64,000 nucleotides of DNA. Origin: Antedon mediterranea (lineage: Eukaryota > Animalia > Echinodermata). Location of the stretch: the NCBI RefSeq assembly GCF_964355755.1, contig NC_092676.1, forward strand, positions 1,927,788 through 1,991,787, read 5' to 3'. This document shows positions 52,590 through 61,214 of this stretch, piece by piece. Numbering within the stretch: the stretch's first letter is position 1; every line of letters starts with the position of its first letter. Under the pieces are notes generated by a model, which saw only the letters and a list, made by a program, of their open reading frames with translations, ran no database searches and was not told the DNA's origin. The position numbers and the translations under genes are program-made.

Positions 52590-53670
52590 TTTTCTGCTGT
52601 CTCTCATTTCTTGCATTTTGTAACCTCTTGTTTTCAATCACAGTGTTTGAGCTAACATAGTCAGTCTGTTCTGGTGTTTCTCTGTCCTCATTTCTTGCAT
52701 TTTGTAATCTCTTCTTTTCAATCACAGTGTTTGAGCTAACATAGTCAGTCTTTTCTGCTGTCTCTCTGTTCTCATTTCTTGCATTTTGTAACCGCTTCTT
52801 TTCAATCACAGCATCAGAGCTAACATAGTCAGTCTGTTCTGCTGTCTCTCTGTTCTTGTTTATTGCATTTTGTAACCTCTTGTTTTGAATCACAGTGTTT
52901 GAGCTAACATAGTCAGTCTGTTCTGATGTCTCTCTGTTCTTTTTTATTGCATTTTGTAACCTCTTCTTTTCAATCACAGTGTTTGAGCTAACATAGTCAT
53001 TCTGTTCTGCTGTCTCTCTGTTCTCGTTTATTGCATTTTGTAACCTCTTGTTTTCAATCACAGTGTTTGGGCTAACATAGTCAGTCTGTTCTGCTGTCTC
53101 TCTGTTCTCATTTATTGCATTTTGTAATCTCTTCTTTTCAATCACAATGTCAGACCTAACATAGTCAGTCTGTTCTGATGTCTCTCTGTTCTCATTCCTT
53201 GCATTTTGTAACCTCTTGTTTTCAATCACAGTGTCAGAGCTAACATAGTCAGTCTGTTCTGGTGTCTCTCTGTTCTCATTTCTTGCATTTTGTAATCTCT
53301 TCTTTTCAATCACAGTGTCAGAGCTAACATAGTCAGTCTGTTCTGCTGTCTCTCTGTTCTCGTTTATTGCATTTTGTAACCGCTTCTTTTCAATCACAGC
53401 ATCAGAGCTAACATAGTCATTCTGTTCTGATGTCTCTCTGTTCTTTTTTATTGCATTTTGTAACCTCTTCTTTTCAATCACAGTGTTTGAGCTAACATAG
53501 TCAGTCTGTTCTGCTGTCTCTTTGTTCTCATTTCTTGCATTTTGTAATCTCTTCTTTTCAATCACAGTGTCAGAGCTAACATAGTCAGTCTGTTCTGCTG
53601 TCTCTCTGTTCTCGTTTATTGCATTTTGTAACTCTTGTTTTCAATCACAGTGTCAGAGTTAACATAGGAA
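52590..53670 (-). repeat. 84-bp tandem repeat, 13 units (downstream of paralogue E stop)
   Basis: DYVSS variant; 332-aa open frame at 52567-53565. Confidence 0.95.
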
Positions 53671-53678
53671 TGTTTGGT

Positions 53679-54797
53679 TTATTCTGCTGTATGATCGTCA
53701 ATTGAACAGTAAAGCTCATTTTTTTCAATGGTTTGCAAGACATTAGAAGTATCACCAACATTAATTGTGTCAATGTTACTTTGATAGTGCACAACAGGTA
53801 CAGGTGTGTTGTGATGTTTTCTCTTTTGTTGTTCATAATAACACACAAACACATTAAGTAAAACTATCAGTAGGCCTATTATAATACAGGTGCTTGTTAC
53901 AAATATTATGGTTATTTGATTAGTTTTCATGCTTTCTGTTGCATCTTCAATTGTGAATGCTATCTCATGAGATCTGTTCTGAACATCAGTACTCACCAGA
54001 CACATAACTGTGTAGTTACCAGCTGGTAAATTACCAAAGCATCTTTCATCTGTCTCTAGCTGGTCATCATTCCCTGTCAATTTTTCCTCATTCAAACTCC
54101 AATCATATATTTTCTTGTCACCAGATCCACCTTCTGCATAGCACTTAAAGCAATTCTGGTTCACATCAACTTCAGGTGTTTCAGAGTATAACCTTTTAAC
54201 ATCCACCTTTAATTGAAGGTGAACTGTCAATATCAATGTGTAGCAGTAAATATATCTATTGTTTAAAATACAATAGAAAAATATCCCTTCTCCAGAATGA
54301 AAACCTTTTAAAGTCTGATTAATTGTAACAGTGTTAGTATCTGTAAGATGAATCTGTGTAATGTTGTGCTTTCCTTGGATCCAACCAATTGTCACTTCAT
54401 AATGGATGTTAAGAAATCTGTTCATGTTACATGAAATATTTAATTCCTCTCCTTCAATGATGTCTTTCATGTTGTCACAATAAAGTTTTACACGTTTTGG
54501 TTGAAGTGCAAACCATATTACCTGTACATTGGACGTCGGAACCAAATACTGTAATCTATCCTTTTGACATGTGTATATTCCTGTTTGGTGACCAAAAGAA
54601 ATAAAAAGTGGACATTTAACTGCAACATTTTTTCCAACTATTTTCCATTTACTTGATGTCATTTTCACAGTTATTTTGGAGTTTGATGAGTAATTAAAAC
54701 TTCTTTCAAATTTTACCAACTCTTTTGAAGCTCCATGTCTGAATATCAACAACCAGGTCACAAGTACAATAATGATATTAAGGAATTTCAAATTCAT
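53679..54797 (-). CDS. Receptor paralogue E (about 372 aa), stops just before its Tyr-repeat array
   Basis: ATG 54797 (MNLKF..). Ectodomain nearly identical to D; TAA after ..YCSIDDHTAE; 13 repeat units follow beyond the stop and a frameshift. Confidence 0.8.
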   Translation of the reverse strand: MNLKFLNIIIVLVTWLLIFRHGASKELVKFERSFNYSSNSKITVKMTSSKWKIVGKNVAVKCPLFISFGHQTGIYTCQKDRLQYLVPTSNVQVIWFALQPKRVKLYCDNMKDIIEGEELNISCNMNRFLNIHYEVTIGWIQGKHNITQIHLTDTNTVTINQTLKGFHSGEGIFFYCILNNRYIYCYTLILTVHLQLKVDVKRLYSETPEVDVNQNCFKCYAEGGSGDKKIYDWSLNEEKLTGNDDQLETDERCFGNLPAGNYTVMCLVSTDVQNRSHEIAFTIEDATESMKTNQITIIFVTSTCIIIGLLIVLLNVFVCYYEQQKRKHHNTPVPVVHYQSNIDTINVGDTSNVLQTIEKNELYCSIDDHTAE

Positions 54798-56544
54798 CTT
54801 TAAAACTTCTCTGTCTTGATGCAGTTTATAAATAACCAACTCCAAGTCCAAATGTGGTAAGAGACTGAGTGTGTTTGTAATAGTTTACTATACCAACAAG
54901 GAAGAATATACTTCAAGGGTTTGTTAAAGGTTTTTAACAGGAAGTCTTTAAAGGGAAGTTTATGCCAAGAAGATAGAATATGATTTTTGCTGCTAATATT
55001 CAAACTATAAAATTTGTGCATTTTGTGAAATGAAAAATTTACAGCTTTACAACAGCTTTACTTAATAATACTAGATGTGTCATCCCACAAACACAAAATA
55101 ATCCGTCTTTTAGCAACCACCTACTTTAATTTGATTATCAATATGCCTACTGAGTGTTTGTGTTTTAATAATAGTACATTCGGTAATTTAAGGAAGTACG
55201 TTATTGGATATTATAAGCTCTGCCATTACAATATTTAAAACTAAATTGTTTAGATTGAACACAAAATAATCCGTCTTTTAGCAACCACCTACTTTAATTT
55301 GATTATCAATATGCCTACTGAATGTTTGTGTTTTATAGTACATTCGGTAATTTAAGGAAGTACGTTATTGGATATTATAAGCTCTCCCATTACAATATTT
55401 AAAACTAAATTGTTTAGATTGAATGCTATACGGATATTTTAACGTGTTTTTTTTTCATTATGTGAACTTGTTGGTTTCCTTCTTGTTATATGATCTTGAT
55501 TTAATCATGTTGTTTGTAGATTTTACCAATTTAGAAAAAAAGCAATACAAGTTTTCTGATATTGTGGTGCTAAATTATATTTATTTTTACATTTGAAGCA
55601 AACAGTAACATTGCTGTTTTTTACATTACAGCATTTTGTTGAATCACATTGTCAATTAGTCAAATTTATTATTGTCAAGTCTACATAATACTTCAAAACC
55701 ATTTTATAAGCAAACAAAAAATTTAATAATTGAATCAGCTTTATTAGACAAATCTGTGTGATGAAGTTTTTTACAGGAAGTCTTTAAAGGAAAGTTTATG
55801 CCAAGAAGATACAGTAGAATATGATTTTTGCTGTTAATATTCAAACTGTAAAATGTGTGCATTTTGTGAAATGAAAAGTTAAACAAAAACAGCTTACTGG
55901 TATTAACTGTACCTACAGTTAATACTAGAAATGCGTTATCCCATCACCACAAACACAAAATAACCCTGTCGTTTAGCAACCACCTACTTTAATTTGATTG
56001 TCAAGATGGTTCATAAATGTTTGTGTTATATTATTTATAGTACATTAAAGTAATTTAAGGAAGTACATTATAGAGATATTATTATAGGTTTCGCATTATA
56101 ATATTTAAAACTAAATTGTTTAGATTGAATCCTGTTCGGAAGTTTGAAAATATTTTTTTATTGCATTATGTGAAGTTATTGGTTTCCTTCTTGTTATATG
56201 ACCTTGATTTAATCATGTTGTTTGTAGATTGAAAAAAACAAAATACAAGTTTTCGATATTCTGTTGCTAAATTATATTTATTTGTACAAGACAATTTGCA
56301 GGCTTTATACATTTGAAGCATAAAGTAACATTTGTGTTTTTTACATCACAGCATGGACATATAACATCTATGTTAATTTGTCGTTAATTGCATAGTAAAC
56401 CTCATCTTCCGCATTTGTCTGTAGAACATCAGATGAATTCTCACCCACATTGGCATCCCTGTTTCTTTGATAGTACACAGCAGGTTCCACTCTGAATGAG
56501 AACATGTTTCATTCTATTGTATCTATTTTTCCTGTGGAATATTA

Positions 56545-58266
56545 CCTATAATTTGGTAAAACATTGCCTTTTCTGCTGTCTCTCATTTCTTGCATTTTGT
56601 AACCTCTTCTTTTCAATCACAGTGTCAGAGCTAACATAGTCAGTCTGTTCTGCTGTCTCTCATTTCTCGCATTTTGTAACCTCTTCTTTTCAATCACAGT
56701 GTCAGAGCTAACATAGTCAGTCTGTTCTGCTGTCTCTCATTTCTTGCATTTTGTAACCTCTTGTTTTCAATCACAGTGTCAGAGCTAACATAGTCAGTCT
56801 GTTCTGCTGTCTCTCTGTTCTCATTTCTTGCATTTTGTAACCTCTTCTTTTCAATCACAGCATCAGAGCTAACATAGTCAGTCTGTTCTGCTGTCTCTCT
56901 GTTCTCGTTTTTTGCATTTTATAACCTCTTGTTTTCAATCACAGTGTCAGAGCTAACATAGTCAGTCTGTTCTGCTGTCTCTCTGTTCTCATTTCTTGCA
57001 TTTTGTAACCTCTTGTTTTCCATCACAGTGTCTGAGCTAACATAGTCAGTCTGTTCTGCTGTCTCTCTGTTCTCATTTCTTGCATTTTGTAACCTCTTCT
57101 TTTCAATCACAGTGTCAGAGCTAACATAGTCAGTCTGTTCTGCTGTCTCTCTGTTGTCATTTCTTGCATTTTGTAACCTCTTCTTTTCAATCACAGTGTC
57201 AGAGCTAACATAGTCAGTCTGTTCTGGTGTCTCTCTGTTCTCATTTCTTGCATTTTGTAACCTCTTCTTTTCAATCACAGTGTCAGAGCTAACATAGTCA
57301 GTCTGTTCTGCTGTCTCTCTGTTCTCATTTCTTGCATTTTGTAACCTCTTCTTTTCAATCACAGTGTCAGAGCTAACATAGTCAGTCTGTTCTGCTGTCT
57401 CTCTGTTCTCATTTCTTGCATTTTGTAACCTCTTCTTTTCAATCACAGTGTCAGAGCTAACATAGTCAGTCTGTTCTGCTGTCTCTCTTTTCTCATTTCT
57501 TGCATTTTGTAACCTCTTCTTTTCAATCACAGTGTCAGAGCTAACATAGTCAGTCTGTTCTGCTGTCTCTCTGTTCTCATTTCTTGCATTTTGTAACCTC
57601 TTCTTTTCAATCACAGCATCAGAGCTAACATAGTCAGTCTGTTCTGCTGTCTCTCTGTTCTCGTTTTTTTTCATTTTGTAACCTCTTGTTTTCAATCACA
57701 GTGTCAGAACTAACATAGTCAGTCTGTTCTGCTGTCTCTCTGTTCTCATTTCTTGCATTTTGTAACCTCTTGTTTTCAATCACAGTGTCAGAGCTAACAT
57801 AGTCAGTCTGTTCTTTCTGCTTTCTGTTGCATCTTCAATTGTGAATGCTATCTCATCAGATCAGTACTCACCAGACACATAACTGTGTAGTTACCAGCTG
57901 GTAAATTACCAAAGCATCTTTCATCTGTCTCTAGCTGGTCATCATTCTCTGTCAATTTTTCCTCATTCAAACTCCAATTATATATTTTCTTGTCACCAGA
58001 TCCACCTTCTGCATAGCACTTAAAGCAATTCTGGTTCACATCAACTTCAGGTGTTTCAGAGTATAACCTTTTAACATCCACCTTTAATTGAAGGTGAACT
58101 GTCTATATCATGTTTACTTGATGATTTAATTATCACTGGTTGCTTTAGTGAATGATTGGTAATAAAACCTCCTTTCAAATTGTACTAACTCTCTTGAAGC
58201 TCCATGTCTAAATATCAACAACCAGGTCACAAGTACAAAGATGATATTAAGAAATTTCAAAGCCAT
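56545..58266 (-). pseudogene. Receptor paralogue F, internally deleted; 15 Tyr repeats
   Basis: Signal peptide from ATG 58266; early frameshift; Ig1 deleted (junction near 58110); Ig2 retained (58081-57848); TM and juxtamembrane deleted near 57815, joining directly to the repeat array. Confidence 0.85.
56570..57815 (-). repeat. 84-bp tandem repeat, 15 units (paralogue F)
   Basis: Highly homogeneous DYVSSDTV variant; the last units are shortened. Confidence 0.95.
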
Positions 58267-59350
58267 CTTTAAACCTCTCTCTGCTGATACAAGTCCAGAT
58301 GTGGTCAGAGACTGATTGTGTTTGTAATAGCTTACAATACTAATAAGGAAGATACTTGGGGGATTTTTTTGTAAACAGTTTTTTACAGGAAGTATTTAAA
58401 GGAAAGTTTATGCCAAGAAGATAGAATATGATTTTGACTACTTACAGTATATTGAAACTATAAAATATTTGCATTTTGTAAAATGAAAAATAGCTTACTG
58501 GTACTATATACTGTACCTATTAATACTACAAATGCGTCATCCCACCACCACAAACACAAAATAACCCCTGTCTTTTAGCAACCACCTACTTTAATTTTAT
58601 TATCAATATGCCTACTGAGTGTTTGTGTTATTATTAGTACATTAAGTAATTTAAGGAAGTACATTATTAGATATTATAAGGTCTCCCATTACAATATTTA
58701 AAACTACATTTTTCAGATTGAATGCTGTGCAGAAGTTTTAACATTTTTTTGGTGCATTATGTGAACTTGTTGGTTTCCTTCTTGTTATATGATCTTGATT
58801 TAATTATGTTGTTTTTTGTTTTTTCTCTCTTCTGTGAGGTTCACTCACCTTTATTTCAAAACATAAATAAACAATTGTATTATGTTTGTATATTATCTTT
58901 TTAAACATATACTATTTTCATCATGTTGTTTGTAGATTTAAACAATTGAAAAAAAACAAAATACAAGTTTTCAATATTATTCTGTTGCTAAATTTTATTT
59001 ATTTGTGCAAGACTATATTTGAAGCATAAGTAACATTTAAGTTTTTTTACATCACAGCGTGGACATATAACATTATGTATTTTCATCATGTTCTGCTGTG
59101 TCATTAATTGCATAGTAAACCTCCTCTTCCGCATTTGTCTGTAGAACATCACATGAATTCTCACCCACACTGACACCATTGTTTCTTTGATAGTACACAG
59201 CAGGTTCCCCTCTGAATGAGAACATATTTATTCTATCTATTTTTCCTGTGGAATGTTACAATCACAGTGTCAGAGCTAACATAGTCTCTCTGTTCTCATT
59301 TCTTTAATCCTCTTCTTTTCAATGACAGTGTCTAACATAGGTTAATTTAA

Positions 59351-60544
59351 TTATTCTGCTGTATGATCATCAATTGAACAGTAAATCTCATTCTTTTCAA
59401 TGGTTTGCGAAACATTCAAAGTGTCACCAACACTAATTGTGTCATTATTACTTTGAAAGTGCACAACAGGTACAGGTGTGTTGCGATAGTTTCTCTTCTG
59501 TTGTTCATAACAACACACAATAAACCCAAGTAAAACTATCAGTAGGCCTATGATAGTGCTTGTTACAAATACTATGGTTATTTGATTAGTGTTCTTGCAT
59601 TTTGTCGGCATGCCAAATTTGATATCTTGAAATGTTGTTATTCTTTCGTTTACATCTTTGATTGTGAATGCTAACTCATCAGATCTGTTCTGAACATCAG
59701 TACTCACCAGACACTTGACAGTGTAGTTACCAGCTGGTAAATTACTAAAGCATCTTTCATCAGGTTCATTGTAATTATATTGAGTCATGATCCCCTCTCC
59801 TCTTAGTCCCAAATTATAAATTGTTTTATTACCAGATCCACCTTCTGCATAGCACTTAAAGCAATTCCGGTTTACATCAACTTCAGGTGTTTCATATAAC
59901 CTTTGAACCTCTACCATTAATTGAGAGTGAACCATCAATATCAATGTGTAGCAGTAAATACTTCTATAGTTTAAAATACAGTAGAAAAATATCCCTTCTC
60001 CAGGTTGAAAACCTTTTAAAGTCTGATTAATTGTAACAGTGTTAGTATCTGTAAGATGAGACTGTGTGATGTGGTGCTTTCCTTGGATCCAAATTATTGT
60101 GACATTAGTTTTGAAGTAAGCTCTGAAGTAATGCCTGTATTCCCTAATCATGTCACATGACATGTTTACTTCCTCTCCTTCAATGATGTCTTTTATTTCA
60201 TCACAATAAAGTTTTACATGCTTTCGTTGACCCTTTCGTTGACCCTTTCTCTGTGTAACATTTGATGAAGGAACCAAATATTGTAAACTATCATCATCTT
60301 GACATGTGTATATTCCTGTTTGGTGACCAAAAGAAATGAAAAGTGAACATTTAACTGCAACATCTTTTCCACCCACATGAACTATGTTCTGTTTACTTGA
60401 CGATGTAATTCTCACAGTTATTTTGGAGTTTGATGAGTAATAAAATATTCTTTCAAATTTTACCCACTCTTTTGAAGCTCCATGTCTAAATATCAACAAG
60501 CAGGTCATCATTACAAAAATAATATTAAGGAATTTCAAAGCCAT
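59351..60544 (-). CDS. Receptor paralogue G (about 397 aa), short-tailed
   Basis: ATG 60544 (MALKF..). Intact ectodomain and TM; same ..YCSIDDHTAE-TAA end as E; only decayed repeat remnants downstream (59260-59345). Confidence 0.83.
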   Translation of the reverse strand: MALKFLNIIFVMMTCLLIFRHGASKEWVKFERIFYYSSNSKITVRITSSSKQNIVHVGGKDVAVKCSLFISFGHQTGIYTCQDDDSLQYLVPSSNVTQRKGQRKGQRKHVKLYCDEIKDIIEGEEVNMSCDMIREYRHYFRAYFKTNVTIIWIQGKHHITQSHLTDTNTVTINQTLKGFQPGEGIFFYCILNYRSIYCYTLILMVHSQLMVEVQRLYETPEVDVNRNCFKCYAEGGSGNKTIYNLGLRGEGIMTQYNYNEPDERCFSNLPAGNYTVKCLVSTDVQNRSDELAFTIKDVNERITTFQDIKFGMPTKCKNTNQITIVFVTSTIIGLLIVLLGFIVCCYEQQKRNYRNTPVPVVHFQSNNDTISVGDTLNVSQTIEKNEIYCSIDDHTAE

Positions 60545-61214
60545 CTTTAAAACCTCTCTGTCTTGATGCAGGTTATAAAAAAAAAACAACTCCTGAAGTC
60601 CAGACGACGTCAGAGACTGAGTGTGTGTGTGTATAGTACTAGTTTACGATATACCAACAAGGAAGAATATACTTGGGAGATTTTGTTTACAGGAAGTTAA
60701 AGGGAAGTTTATGCCAAGAACAGAGAATATAATTTTTTCTACTTATATTGAAACTATAAAATGTGTGCATTTTGTGAAATGAAAAACAGCTTACTGGTAC
60801 TGTACCTACAGTATTAATACTAGATGTGTCATCCCACCACAAACAAAAAAAAACCCAGTCTTTTAGCAACCACCTACTTAATTTGATTATCAATATGCCT
60901 ACTGAGTGTTTGTGTTTTAATAGTATAGTACATTAAAGTAATTTAAGGAAGTACATTATAGAGATATTATAGTTTCGCATTACAATATTTAAAACTAAAT
61001 TGTTTAGATTGAATTCTGTACGGAAGTTTTAACGGTTTTCTTTTATTGCATTATGTGAACTTGTTGGTTTCCTTCTTGTTACATGATCTTGATTTAATTA
61101 TGTTGTTGGTAGATTTTAACAATTTAAAAAAAAAAGCAAAATACAAATTTTCTGATATTCTGTTGCTAAATTATATTTATTTGTACATTTGAAGCATATA
61201 GTACAGTCACATAT

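Noticed and set aside
50248-55886. Repeated small ORFs MHKxYSLNI.. (50248, 51722, 54800, 55704)
   Set aside because: They recur only because the upstream block is duplicated; frames and ends are not conserved among copies.
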